A stretch of DNA of 63,872 nucleotides, counting the filler, from Chiloscyllium plagiosum (taxonomy: Eukaryota): NCBI RefSeq assembly GCF_004010195.1. It is 6 parts of one record of this genome, joined end to end, with 100 filler letters (N's around TTAATTAATTAA, not from the genome) between each part and the next. Parts side by side here need not be neighbours in the genome. Positions count along the whole stretch, not along the records: positions 28,310 to 53,204 come from NC_057714.1; positions 53,305 to 59,897 come from NC_057714.1; positions 59,998 to 62,447 come from NC_057714.1; positions 62,548 to 63,872 come from NC_057714.1; 2 more parts are not named here. One strand, given 5' to 3'. The notes beneath the pieces were generated by a model, which ran no database searches, was not told the origin of the DNA, and was given only the letters and a program-made list of their open reading frames with translations. The position numbers and the translations under genes are program-made. This document shows, piece after piece, positions 52,280 through 63,872 of this stretch; positions within the stretch are counted from its first letter, which is position 1; every line of letters begins with the position of its first letter.

Positions 52280-53204
52280 TAGAAAATAGAACATAGAAGA
52301 ATACTGCGCAGTACAGGCCCTTTGGCTCTCGATGTTGCACCGATCCAAGCCCACCTAACCTACACTAGCCCACTATCCTCCATATGCCTATCCAATGCCC
52401 GCTTAAATGCCCATAAAGAGGGAGAGTCCACCACTGCTACTGGCAGGGCATTCCATGAACTCACGACTCGCTGAGTAAAGATTAGGAATTGGCTGGCTGG
52501 AAGAAGACAGAAGGTAGTAGTTGATGGTAAAGGTTCATCTTGGAGTGCCGTTACTAGTGGTGTTCCGCAAGGATCTGTTTTGGGACCATTGCTGTTTGTC
52601 ATTTTTATAAATGACCTGGAGGAGGGGCTAGAAGGTTGGGTGAGCAAGTTTGCGGATGATACGAAAGTATCTGTCCTATACCTACCACCCCTTAATTTAA
52701 AGCTATGCCCATTCGTAATAGCTGACTCAATACGTGGAAAAAGGTTCTCACGGTCAACCCTATCTAAACCCCTAATCATCTTGCACACCTCAATCAAGTC
52801 ACCCCTAAACCTTCTTTTCTCTAATGAAAACAGCCCCAAGTGTCTCAGTCTTTCCTCATACGATCTTCCTTCCACACCAGGCAACATTCTGGTAAACCTC
52901 CTCTGCACCCGTTCCAGTGCCTCCACATCCTTCCTATAGTATGGCGACCAAAACTGCACACAATATTCCAGATGCGGCCGCACCAGAGTCTCTTGCATAG
53001 TCACAACATGATGTCCCAATTCCTATACTTGATGGTGTGTCAGTTGAAGGTAAGCATGTATAATACCCTCTTCCCTACCCTGTCGACCTGCGACTCCACT
53101 TTCAAAGAACTATGTGCCTGCAACCTGGGTTTCTCTGTTGCAAAACACTGCCCAGGGCCCAACCGTTAACTGTGTAAATCCTGCGTTGGTTTGTCGAACA
53201 AAAT
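52280..53204 (-). mobile_element. CR1 3' fragment carrying an inverted internal RT piece (52481-52668, + strand)
   Basis: ORF 52360..53019 (CR1 C-terminus); the + strand insert encodes [21 protein letters not shown]...SKFADDTK. Confidence 0.9.
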
Positions 53205-53304
53205 NNNNNNNNNNNNNNNNNNNNNNNNNNNNNNNNNNNNNNNNNNNNTTAATTAATTAANNNNNNNNNNNNNNNNNNNNNNNNNNNNNNNNNNNNNNNN
53301 NNNN
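53205..53304. other. Artificial contig spacer
   Basis: N44-TTAATTAATTAA-N44. Confidence 0.95.
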
Positions 53305-54420
53305 ACCGGACTCCCTCCCTCCTGCACCATCCCTGTAGCCACGCATTTAACTGTTCTCTCTCCCTATTCCTCGACTCTCTATCACGTGGCACGGGTAACA
53401 AACCAGAGACAACAACTCTGTTCGTTCTAACTCTGAGCTTCCAACCTAGCTCCCTGAAAGCCTGTCTAACATCCTCGGCACTCCTCCTACCTATGTCGTT
53501 GGTGCCAATGTGGACCACGACTTCGGGCTGATCTCCCTCCCACTTAAGGACCCGGAAAAGACGATCAGAGACATCACGTACCCTTGCACCTGGGAGGCAA
53601 CATACCAAACGTGGGTCTCTCTCGTTCCCACAAAACCGCCTATCTGTGCCCCGAACTATCGAGTCCCCAATTAGTATTGCTCTGCTCTTCTCCACCCTTC
53701 CTTTCTGAGTAACGGGGACAGGCTCCGTGCCAGAGGCCTGAGCTCCGTTACTTACCCCTGGTAAGTCGTACCCCCCCCAAGTATCCAAAATGGTATACTT
53801 GTTCTTGAGGGGAACGGCTGCAGGGGGTCCCTGCACTGGTTGCTTCCTCCCAGTCCCCCTCACTGTCACCCATCTATCTGCCATCTTTGGAGTTACTACT
53901 TCCCTAAAGCTCCGATCTATGACCCCCTCTGCCTCCCGAATGATCCTAAGTTCATCCAACTCCAGCTCCAGTTCCCTAACACGGCCTTGGAGGAGCTGGA
54001 GATGGGTGCACTTCCTGCAAGTGTAATCAGCAGGGATGACCATGGCATCCCTCACCTCAAACATGTTGCCATCCCTCTAAAAGTAACCTTTTAAAAAAAA
54101 AACTAGGTCTAAAGAATAGAACAAGCAAAATGCAGCACTTTCCTACTTACCACAACGGGTCTTATTATTAGGTTAGAGGAGGAGGGTGGGTGGGAGACTC
54201 TACAGTTGTCTTGGGTTTAGCCGCCTTGCTGAGATATATGGTCACTGCTTTCCTTCCCGGCTGTCCCTTTGGTCCTCGTCACTTCCCCCACTGCTCCCGC
54301 TCCTTCTGTGAAAGGGAAAACACCGCTGTCCGCTACCGGTAAGTAATTTTTTTTAAAAACTGCCTTACCTTAGCTGCAGTCTTCCAGGTTCGTCTTACCT
54401 CCGCTGCTGCTCACACTCAA
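53305..54420 (-). mobile_element. CR1 5' UTR and open ORF1 fragment (Cys motif, coiled coil, SGNH/GDSL esterase-like domain)
   Basis: ORF 53249..54064: YTCRKC, RVRELELELDEL, LIGDSIVRG, CLPGARV, VVVHIGTNDI. Confidence 0.92.
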
Positions 54421-55230
54421 AATGTTGTGGCTGTACAGGACATTGGTTAGGCCACTGTTGGAATATTGCGTGCAATTCTGGTCTCCTTCCTATCGGAAAG
54501 ATGTTGTGAAACCTGAAAGGCTTCAGAAAAGATTTACAAGGATGTTACCAGGGTTGGAGGATTTGAGCTATAGGGAGAGGCTGAACAGGCTGGGTCTGTT
54601 TTCCCTGGAGCGTCAGAGGCTGAGGGGTGACCTTATAGAGGTTTACGAAATTATGAGGGGCGTGGATAGAATAAATAGGCAAAGTCTTTTCCCTGGGGTG
54701 TGTGAGTCCAGAACTAGAGGGCATAGGTTTAGGGTGAGAGGGGAAAGATATAAAAGAGACCCACAGGGCAACATTTTCATGCAGAGGATGTATGGAATGA
54801 GCTGCCAGAGGAAGTCATGGAGGCTGGTACAATTGCAACATTTAAGAGGCATTTGGATGGGTATATGAATAGGAAGGGTTTGGAGGGATATGGGCCGGGT
54901 GCTGGCAGGTGGGACTAGATTGGGTTGGGATATCTGGTCGGTATGGACCTGTGCTGTGCATCTCTATGACTCTATGACTCTACTCAAATTCTCCCTATAG
55001 CTCAAATCCTGCAACCCAGGTAACATACTTGTAAATCTTTTCTGAACACTTTCAAGTATCACAACATCCTTCTGATAGGAAGGAGACCAGAATTGCACAC
55101 AGTATTCCAAAAGTGGCCTAACCAATGTCCTGTACAGCCACTATCTGACTTCCCAACTCCTATCCTCAATACTCTTGACCAATAAAGGAAAGCATACCAA
55201 ACACCTTCTTCACTATCCTATCTACTTGCT
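54421..55230. mobile_element. CR1 3' fragment (+, 54421-54982) abutting an inverted fragment of the same family (-, 54985-55230)
   Basis: ORF 54422..54868; (CTATGACT) tail; downstream sequence is the reverse complement of ~54425-54580. Confidence 0.88.
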
Positions 55231-55977
55231 GTCTATTTCTTAATTTGATGTCTACTCATATTTACTACACAGAGGCTTTTTATCTTGTCCTGTCTAGATG
55301 GCTGGATCCTCTCTTTCCCAGTATATGTTCCTCTCCACCCCTGAACAGATATTCTAAATCCTGGCAGGCAATGTAGGCTGTCTGGACTCTAGCTCTTTGC
55401 CACAGAGAATATTATTAATCCCTTTCACTACCCTGTCCTCTAATAGCACTATATTCCTTTTTATTTGAATGTAGCACTGTACCACTGTGGAGTGACTTGT
55501 TGGCTCATCCAACTTGCAGCCTCCTTTATCATAATAAAATGAGAGAAACTCAAATCTGCTGGATATCTTCAAAATCCGAAGATCCTGATCTGCTTTCTGG
55601 ATCCTTGGACCTGCCTCACTTGCAATCACTCTCACCTGTCTTTAACCGATGACCAAATCAGAAGACACTATCCTGAAGGATGCGCCTCCACATATATATA
55701 GTATGCAATTAACTTTTCCATTAACTGTCTACAGCTCAGGGTCAAGCTCATAAACTCTGGATTTATGCTCTCCCAGCCACAATCACTTGTTTACCCTGGA
55801 TCACAGTGCTATCCAGAAGCTCCCACACGCTGCAACTATGATACATTACCTGCCCCCGCCTAGTTAATTTACTACTTAACCATTTTATTCAATTATATAC
55901 TTTCCTATGGCATATATGTTATTAACCAATGGTTCCCATGCATGTTTATACCTGAGGAGTTGCATAGACCTCAACTA

Positions 55978-56194
55978 CATGTCGTTCTGCTGTAACTCAT
56001 GTTTCATGAACGCGAATTCGCCATATTACGATTGACGGATTGGGGTCACTGTTTCTAAAGCACAAACGTTTAATTGTGTGTTAGCTGTAACGCAATTATA
56101 TCACCAACACTTTAAACGCTTTTCTAAAGCATGATTATTTTATAATACAGAGCTGCACAAGAATGCAACCACTGTGTTTTGGAAGAACTATCTG
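55978..56194. mobile_element. Decayed Tigger/pogo-like MITE
   Basis: Imperfect TIRs CATGTCGTTCTGC / GGAAGAACTATCTG flanked by TA. Confidence 0.45.
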
Positions 56195-56443
56195 TACTCA
56201 GCAGATACTCACCAACTTTACCCTGTAGTGAAGTAAGACTAATACTAGATGGTAAAATGCAGAAGTCTAACTCTCCTCCCATAACTCCCCGGTCATTTGC
56301 ATTCCATTCAAAGTCACACTGAAATGTTTGGTTTTCCATGCTTCTGAAACAAAACAGCGACATAACCCCAGAAAAGAGAGTTCCAGCTACTTCCCTCAAT
56401 TATCTGACTTTAACTGCTTTACCACTGAAGACCTTTGTAAAGG

Positions 56444-56601
56444 GGGAGAAAATGAGGACTGCAGATGCTGGAAATCAGAGTCAAAAAGTGTGGTGCTGGA
56501 AAAGCACAGCCAGTCAGGCAGCATCCGAGGAGCAGAAGAGTCGACGCTTACACTCGAAACATTGACTCTCCAGCGCCTTGGATGTTGCCAGACCAGCTGT
56601 G
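56444..56601. mobile_element. Inverted Penelope terminal-repeat fragment
   Basis: GAGGACTGCAGATGCTGG arm plus a partial reverse arm; near-TSD CTTTGTAAAGG / CTTTGTGAAGG. Confidence 0.7.
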
Positions 56602-57174
56602 CTTTGTGAAGGCTTGCTTAAGGCTGGGAAATTGAACAGTAAATTTCAGTTAAATGTTAAATAAAAACAGCATTTGACTTTCACAAAGAGATTAAGACTT
56701 CCTTACTCACCCACTATAGCTATCATTAAACCATTGGTAATCAGCCCCGGTTTCTCCTTCTGCAACTCCGTGTCAATGTTTTCTTGATATCACTCTTGTG
56801 CAATACTTTGTGATACTTTACTAAAATGTATAGATTCATATCATTACATCGGATAACGATGAGGGAAATAATGAAACAGAACAAAAGCCAGGATTTTGAT
56901 CTAGAAACAGCAGCAAGCAGGATCTTGGTAGGGCAAGCAGCAAGCTTAAATGTGAGGACTAAACATTTTGTACCCAAGCTTCATCAGTCCGGGCCAACTC
57001 CCAAGTTTAGGAACAACATGGAGTTAGCGACAGGGCCAGGGTAAGCATAGCTCCTAGCAAGTATGCAGGATCCAAATGATTGGTCACTTGCGTTTAGCTA
57101 AGTGGGCCTAATACGTAGTCTAATGTTAAAGGAGTCTTAGCCTTCACTGTCGAACCAGAGGAACATACTTGTTC

Positions 57175-57300
57175 TTCCTGAAGAAAGGTTATACCTGAAA
57201 TGTTGACTTCTCCACCTCCTGGTGCTGCTTGGCTTGCTGTGTTCTTCCAGCCTCCTGCTTGTCTATTTGGGATTCCAGAATCTGCAGGGTTTTTTTTCTC
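57175..57300 (+). mobile_element. Penelope terminal repeat with a decayed hammerhead core
   Basis: CCTGAAGAAAGGTTATACCTGAAATGTTGAC; homologous to 43130-43220. Confidence 0.75.
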
Positions 57301-59865
57301 CCAACACAGAAGGCAACCTTAGCAAAGTTTTAGGAATTTGTGTTCTCAGCCCTCTCCATAGCCTACTTCCCTTTAGAATTAAACACGCCCTGCTGTTAAA
57401 TTTATATCAGACTCTTAATAATAATGCACCTTTGAGTGAGGGCTTCACACACTGCCCTGAACATTTACAAAATTACCACAGAATTTAGATGCAATGCATT
57501 CCCCAAATGAAGGACACTGTCCCTTTAAACTTACCCCCATACTTCACTTCTGTTGGTCATCTAAAATTAAAATCACACTTGCGGTGTCAAACTACAAATC
57601 TATATTACAATTATCAATTTTTGGGTTCAATACTATAACAAACTTAAACTAAATTGACTTTCTTCTGGTGACTTTTGAGTTATTTTGAGATCATCACTCA
57701 CATACACATCTAATCAACAGTATTACCACAACAATTGAAACTGTTGCTGTATTTTCATATGGATATTATATAGTTTTTAGTAGTTTGCACACAAAAGAAA
57801 AGAATATGAGATTATAATGACAGTAAAATCAAGTCCTGAACTGGCTTCTAAACCACATGATAACATTTCCTACAGATGTATGAACTCCACTCTGGTGAGA
57901 AAAACTCAGGCAATCTGTTGTATTATTACTGAGCAGGGTATTAGGTCTGTTCAAGACTATGAGAAACTTTTATTTATTGGCCATCATTACGTCCTGAGAT
58001 TCTAGTATTGGGGCTTCTCTTTAATTACTGTGTCCTGCTGATGTTATTGCTCCTCTAATAGGGCTAGAGAATTTCAGAATATTATTTCAGCAGCAATATC
58101 CATATCAAGATGTTGGTTAATTCACTGATTTTACTGTTCCTGTGGCATTGGTAATCTTGTTCTTCTTGGTAATAAATGTTACAACATGCCCTGTTGAAGT
58201 AATCTTGCTGAGTTTCAGTATTGTATCCTTCAGAAATATATTGTTGCCAAGGAAGAATATATACTGCATTCAATAGCAAGGACACTGATTAAACACATTA
58301 CATTTCCTTGAATGCTGTTAAGCATTTTGAGCATTTCATTCTTGAATTGAAACTCATACATGGTGGCTCAGTTCTGAGGTAGTGAGATGATCAGCAGTTC
58401 CTTACACAATAACCAGCCTGTGTCTTATATCAGCTTTCATTACTTTGATATGACTGAGTTAAACTTCTAGTTAAAACCAATGGTGGAGGACCTGTTAAAG
58501 GTGGCTATGCTGAAAATCAAGATAATTCCTTATTTAAAATGGCCGTTAGCTGGCATTTATTCTTCACTCACATTACCTGCCCTTGGCAGCCTAGCTTAGC
58601 TGTTATTCTGAAGCTGTTGTAGCTCCATTAATGCAAATTCTAAAAAGAATTTGAAGTCTGCCTCTATCATCTTCCATTATTCATAGAATCACATTCATCT
58701 ATTTCTTCACTCATACAGTTTTAATCACATCCCTTTATTATAACATGTGGCAAAAAGAGCCATCCATCACTCCAGATTATCACACTAATTATATTAAATT
58801 GCAACAGTTGGGACAATCATATACTGCTATTGCTCCCACTGTTTTGACAATTTTTAAATACTTCAGTTTTATTTTCATTGAAAGCATGCTAAATATTGCA
58901 CAGCTATAAATAGTCATAGGGCATGATATTCCTTTCCCTCAGGCGGTGAGATAAATGGTGACGAGATGACTCAATCACTGTAGAGAAAAACTGCTGTGAT
59001 TAAGCATTCTTTCCTTGGATAATTAGATCAAATTCTTGACTTCAGTTGATGATAAGCCTATTTGCATGTGTTTGCATTCAATTAATTACACATCACCCTC
59101 ATGTTAACTTCCCCTTCCCAATGAACTACTCCCAAATCAAGAAACACAATGCTTCAAAAACTCAATGGCAAAAACTCGCATTGGCCCCTCCAGCTTGAGT
59201 CAGTTAGTTTGCGCTGGTCAACTTCCTTCTCTTTATTTTAGATGGAACAACTGTATGTGCAGCTGGTGACTTCATGGTCAGTTGGCAACAGTCTTTCCCT
59301 GGACTCTCATCCACACAGCAGAGCAACCACATCACAGTAGCCTCAGCCCGTCAGATTGCTTGTTATCAGGCTAGGTCAGGAAGCAGTTCCTAGATCTAAG
59401 ACAGTAATTTTTCAGACAAGTTCAGCCAGCAGTCTCTGGCTCTGAAGTATTACTTTTTCAGAGAGGGAGAGAGAGGCAGCAGCAGTCTCTGATTCTCAGG
59501 TATCACTTTGGCACACAGCAGGAGTGAGGCAGCAGCTTTTGGTATAGGAATATTGCTTTAGCTGAAAAGGCAAGAATCTCTGGCTCAGAGATAGAACTTC
59601 CATGCAAAGGGAAAGGAAACAAACTTGTGGCAATAGGAAACAACAAAGCAAACATGTAACAGTAGGAAGTCACTGGAGGAGGAACATGTCACTTTACGCA
59701 TCAGAGGTGACATGCAGTCCAGCTCAGATAAAGTGACCTGTCCCCCATAGTGTACTGTGCCCCCAACAAGGTAAAAACAATGACTGCAGATGCTGGAAAC
59801 CAGATTCTGGATCAGTGGTGCTGGAAGAGCACAGCAATTCAGGCAGCATCCGAGGACAGGCAAAA

Positions 59866-59897
59866 TCGACGTTTCGGGCAAAAGCCCTTCATCAGGA
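59866..59897 (-). ncRNA. Minimal hammerhead ribozyme core in a Penelope terminal repeat (59768-59897)
   Basis: CUGAUGA-A-GGGC-UUUU-GCCC-GAAAC-GUCGA; truncated by the gap. Confidence 0.75.
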
Positions 59898-59997
59898 NNN
59901 NNNNNNNNNNNNNNNNNNNNNNNNNNNNNNNNNNNNNNNNNTTAATTAATTAANNNNNNNNNNNNNNNNNNNNNNNNNNNNNNNNNNNNNNNNNNNN
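59898..59997. other. Artificial contig spacer
   Basis: N44-TTAATTAATTAA-N44. Confidence 0.95.
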
Positions 59998-60131
59998 CCT
60001 CTCCGCCCCCACCCCACTCCGGCCTATCACCCTCACCTTGACCTCCCTCCACCTATTGCAATTCCAACGCCCCTCCCCCAAGTCCCTCCTCCCTACCTTT
60101 TATCTTAGCCTGCTGGACACACTTTCCTCAT

Positions 60132-60163
60132 TCCTGAAGAAGGGCTTATGCCCGAAACGTCGA
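60132..60163 (+). ncRNA. Minimal hammerhead ribozyme core in a Penelope 3' end (59998-60222)
   Basis: CUGAAGA-A-GGGC-UUAU-GCCC-GAAAC-GUCGA. Confidence 0.75.
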
Positions 60164-60222
60164 TTCTCCTGCTCCTTGGATGCTGCCTGACCTGCTGCGC
60201 TTTTCCAGCAACACATTTTCAG

Positions 60223-60750
60223 CACATTTGGAATATTGTTCTGGTCACCACACTCCCAAAAGACTGTGGAGGATTTAGAAAGGGTACAGAACAGTTTACC
60301 AGGATGTTGCCTGGTTTGGAGGGTATTAGCTATGAGGAGGAATTGGACAAACTTGGTTTCTTTTTACTTGAACATTGAAGGATGAGGGGGTGACCTGATA
60401 GAAATTTACAAAATTCTGAGAGGCCTGGATAGAATGGACAGTCAGAGTCTTTTAACCAGGTTAGAAAAGTCAATTGCCAGGAGACATAATTTTATGGTAA
60501 AGGTTTAAAGGAAATGTGAGAGGCAAGATTTTTCACACATTGGGTGATAAGTGCCTGGAATGCTCTGCACAGGAGGTGGTAGATAAATAACAGTGGTTAA
60601 GAGGCATCTTGACAGATAAATGAAAGGGAGGGAATAGATAGGTACAGACTGTGTAGAGGCAAAAGGGTTTTAGGTTAGAAAAGTATCATGTGTTAGCACA
60701 GTCATGGTGGGCTGAAGAGCCTGTTGCTGTGCTGTACTGTTCTTTGTTCT
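60223..60750 (+). mobile_element. Decayed CR1 3' fragment
   Basis: FTRMLPGLEGISYEEELDKLG and CR1 tail. Confidence 0.85.
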
Positions 60751-61899
60751 TCACTTGATCAGCATGCAGTCCAATTCCTTCAACATTCACTCCTTCCATT
60801 AACTGCTCTGTTGTGACTGCAATGTGTACTATCTTCAAAAGGCACTATAGCAGCTCTACAAGACTCTTTCAAAAGAAACCTCCACATCCACGAACTCAAC
60901 AACATGGAAGGTGAAGGGCAGCAAAAGCATGGGAACACCACCACTAGCAAGTTTCCCTCCAAGGCAGGCATCAGCTTGACTTGGACTTACATCAGCATTC
61001 CCTTAGTGTTACTGGAACAAAATCTGCACCTGTTTAAGATGGCAGCTCAGCACCACTTTTCCATGGGTGATTAAGGAAGAATTAGCCTTGCTCAAGATGC
61101 TCACTTTCCCTTGAAGCAATACTAAAATTTGGAAGGTAGAATAGGCTTGAGCAGTTAAATTGGCCATTCTTTTTCCTTTGCTCCCTTGTTCACCTCATAA
61201 AGTCATAGAGTCAAACAACACGGAAATCGACCCTTTGGTCCAGCATTGTGCAAGGCTGGTAATGGGTAATAATGAATCCTCTGGTCCAACAACAAACTTA
61301 CAAACTTAAAGCAGATGTGAAAAAAAAGCACAAAACAGAATATATAATGCAGCTAATGAAATGAAAAGAGCTCTGTGGAGATTAAGGATGACAATGTCTG
61401 CTCGTTAATTATCTTTTCATATTTTTCTTTGTTACTTACTCCTTCTTTCACATCAATCTGAAGAATTTATTTGTTTAGGAGAGGGGATTGAGTGACTTGC
61501 TCTCAATTAGCAAAATGCTGTCTAAATTCAAAACCCATGAGATTGTTGTGGATTAAGTCATCCATCTTCTCCCTCTTACGGTGCCTCTGAAGAAATGTTT
61601 CACCTCTGCTCAACATAGAGCTACTGAACTGAGGAACTCATAACTCTGCCTGTCTTCAGATGCGAACTTTAACAAATTGGTACACTCCATTGCCAAATAG
61701 CTACCTTCTTCAAAACTATCAATGAAGATCTAAAAGGTTTAGATTTAGATTCAGATTTAGGTTTTACAGTCACAAGTACTCAAGTGCAGGATACAAGAGT
61801 GTAGTGAAAATCATACATTACAGCTACAAAGTACCTTGGTACAAAATCTTAGTTACTGAAAAATAAAAAAAGTTAAAAAGTTCAGCACTAGTCTTAAAG

Positions 61900-62447
61900 C
61901 CACAGAGTCATAAAGAGGTACAGCATGGAAACAGACTCTTTGGTCCAACCCGTCCATGCCGACCAGATATCCCAACCCAATCTAGTCCCACCTGCCAGCA
62001 CCCGGCCCATATCCCTCCAAACCCTTCCTATTCAGAAACCCATCTGAATGTCTCTTAAGTATTGCAATTGTACTAGCCTCCACCACTTCCTCTGGCAGCT
62101 CATTCCATACATGTACCATGCCTCCACCACTTCCTCTGGCAGCTCATTCCATACATGTACCATCCTCTGTGTGAAAAAGTTGTCTCTTAGGTCTCTTTTA
62201 TATCTATGCCCTCTAGTTCTGGACTCCCCGACCCCAGGGAAAAGACTTTGTCTATTTACCCTATCCATGCTCCGCATAATTTTGTAAACCTCTATAAGGT
62301 CATCCCTCAGCCTCTGACACTCCAGGGAAAACAGCCCCAGCCTGTTCAGCCTCTCCCTATAACTCAAATCCTCCAACCCTGGCAACATCCTTGTAAATCT
62401 TTTCTGAACCCTTTCAAGTTTCACAACATCTTTCCGATACGAAGGAG
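61900..62447 (-). mobile_element. CR1 3' fragment with an internal 44-bp tandem duplication (62076-62163)
   Basis: ORF 62032..62424; GCCTCCACCACTTCCTCTGGCAGCTCATTCCATACATGTACCAT occurs twice. Confidence 0.92.
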
Positions 62448-62547
62448 NNNNNNNNNNNNNNNNNNNNNNNNNNNNNNNNNNNNNNNNNNNNTTAATTAAT
62501 TAANNNNNNNNNNNNNNNNNNNNNNNNNNNNNNNNNNNNNNNNNNNN
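62448..62547. other. Artificial contig spacer
   Basis: N44-TTAATTAATTAA-N44. Confidence 0.95.
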
Positions 62548-63260
62548 CCAACGCCTCCGCTATTTCCTCAGCCACCTCCCTCAGAACTCTAGGATGTAGC
62601 CCATCAGGGCCAGGAGATTTATCAAGTTTAAGACCTTTTAGCTTTTCTAGCACTTTTTCTTTTGTAATGGCAACCATACTCAACTCAGCCCCATGACTCC
62701 CTTTAATTGTTGGGATATTACTCATGTCTTCCACTGTGAAGAGTACGCAAAGTACTTATTAAGTTCTCCAGCTATTTCCTTATCTCCCATCACCAGGCTT
62801 CCAGCATCAGTTTGAAGTGGCCCAATGTCTACTTTTGTCTGTTGTTTGTTTCTTATGTATTGAAAGAATCTTTTACCATCATTTCTAATATTACTGGCTA
62901 GCCTACCTTCATATTTGATCCTCTCCTTCCTTATTTCTCTCTTTGTTATCCTCTGTTTGTTTTTGTAGCCTTCCCAATCTTCTGGCTCTTGGCCATTTTA
63001 TAGGATCTCTCTTTTTCTTTAATACATTTCCTGACTTCCTTTGTCAGCCATGGCTGTCTAATCCCTCCCCGGATAATCTTTCTTTTCTTGGGGATGAACC
63101 TCTGTACAGTGTCCTCAATTATACCCACAAACTCCTGCCATTTTTGCTCTACTGTCTTCCCTGCTAGGCTCTGCTTCCAGTCTATTTTCGTCAGTTCCTC
63201 TCTCATGCCCTCATAGTTACCTTTATTTAACTGGAACACCATTACATCCGATTTTGCCTT
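62548..63260 (-). mobile_element. CR1 ORF2 middle fragment
   Basis: KSPGPDGLHPRVLREVAEEI; KGNYEGMREEL...PWLTKEV. Confidence 0.9.
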
Positions 63261-63304
63261 TCAGGTGGTGATGATGCTTCCTTGAATCCTCTACCCTTCT
63301 GGTG

Positions 63305-63434
63305 CGGCGCGTTGGCTCAGTGATTAGCACTGCTGCCTCACAATACCAGGGGCTTGGGTTCAATTCCAGACTCAGGCCACTATCTGTGTGGAGTTTGCAC
63401 ATTCTCCCCATATCTGCATAGGTTTCCTCCCACA
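63305..63434 (+). mobile_element. HE1-like SINE 5' fragment
   Basis: TGGCTCAGTGATTAGCACTGCTGCCTCAC head and GTGTGGAGTTTGCAC body. Confidence 0.8.
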
Positions 63435-63872
63435 ATTAAAAATTGCCAGCATCAATGTGCGTAGCATCAAATCGGCTACGCGATGTGTTTCTACGATGGC
63501 CTTCCTGGCCAACGTTAAAACCGACGTCCTGTATCTGCAGCTACAGGAGATGGTCGAGCTTGTGGGCCCATGGGCCGTCAGTTTGGTCGGGGGGCAACGA
63601 TACCCACGCCTCCGGCCTGGGTATCCTGTTGCGAGGAGGCAACTTCACCATCTCCGAGGTTAAGCAGGTGGTGGGCGGGCGCCTCCTCGTCACCGACGTC
63701 AGGTACAGGAATGCTCCCCTGAGACTGATTAATGTGTATGCCCCAGTGGGTAAGAGTGAACGGATGGCCGTCCTGCAGCAGCTTCCACTCATGCTGGCTA
63801 CGTCCAGGCCGGTCATTCTGGCCGGAGACTTCAACTGTATCATTGATGCAGATGGACGATCCGGCGGGGGGG
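63435..63872 (+). mobile_element. Tx1/L1-clade LINE ORF2 AP-endonuclease N-terminus, runs off the window
   Basis: KIASINVRSIK...DVLYLQ, LINVYAP, ILAGDFNCI; CpG-rich. Confidence 0.85.

Noticed and set aside
53249..54064. Longest ORF as a host GDSL lipase gene
   Set aside because: Intronless, with CR1 ORF1 layout and a decayed paralogue at 48.1 kb

Overview
Eukaryotic, repeat-dense DNA that looks like a cartilaginous fish (shark) genome: HE1-like tRNA SINEs, HER1/CR1 LINEs and Penelope-like elements dominate. No host protein-coding gene could be confidently identified. Almost every ORF in the track is a transposon fragment, its antisense shadow, or noise. Five identical 100-bp spacers (N44-TTAATTAATTAA-N44) mark artificial contig joins. 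Main observations: (1) a decayed endogenous retrovirus-like element at ~0.7-9.7 kb, with a coiled-coil Gag carrying a CCHC knuckle, a retrovirus-type RT, RNase H and integrase, and an env whose layout resembles a viral class I F glycoprotein rather than a gamma-type TM (lokiretrovirus-like by inference); (2) a near full-length Gly/Pro chimeric tRNA copy ending in CCA that also reads as a tRNA-Pro primer-binding site beside an LTR-like end (~48.8 kb); (3) many minimal hammerhead ribozyme cores in Penelope terminal repeats, including palindromic cassettes with long TSDs; (4) several locally templated insertions and a filled-plus-empty insertion site lying side by side. All family names come from motif recognition by eye, not from database searches.
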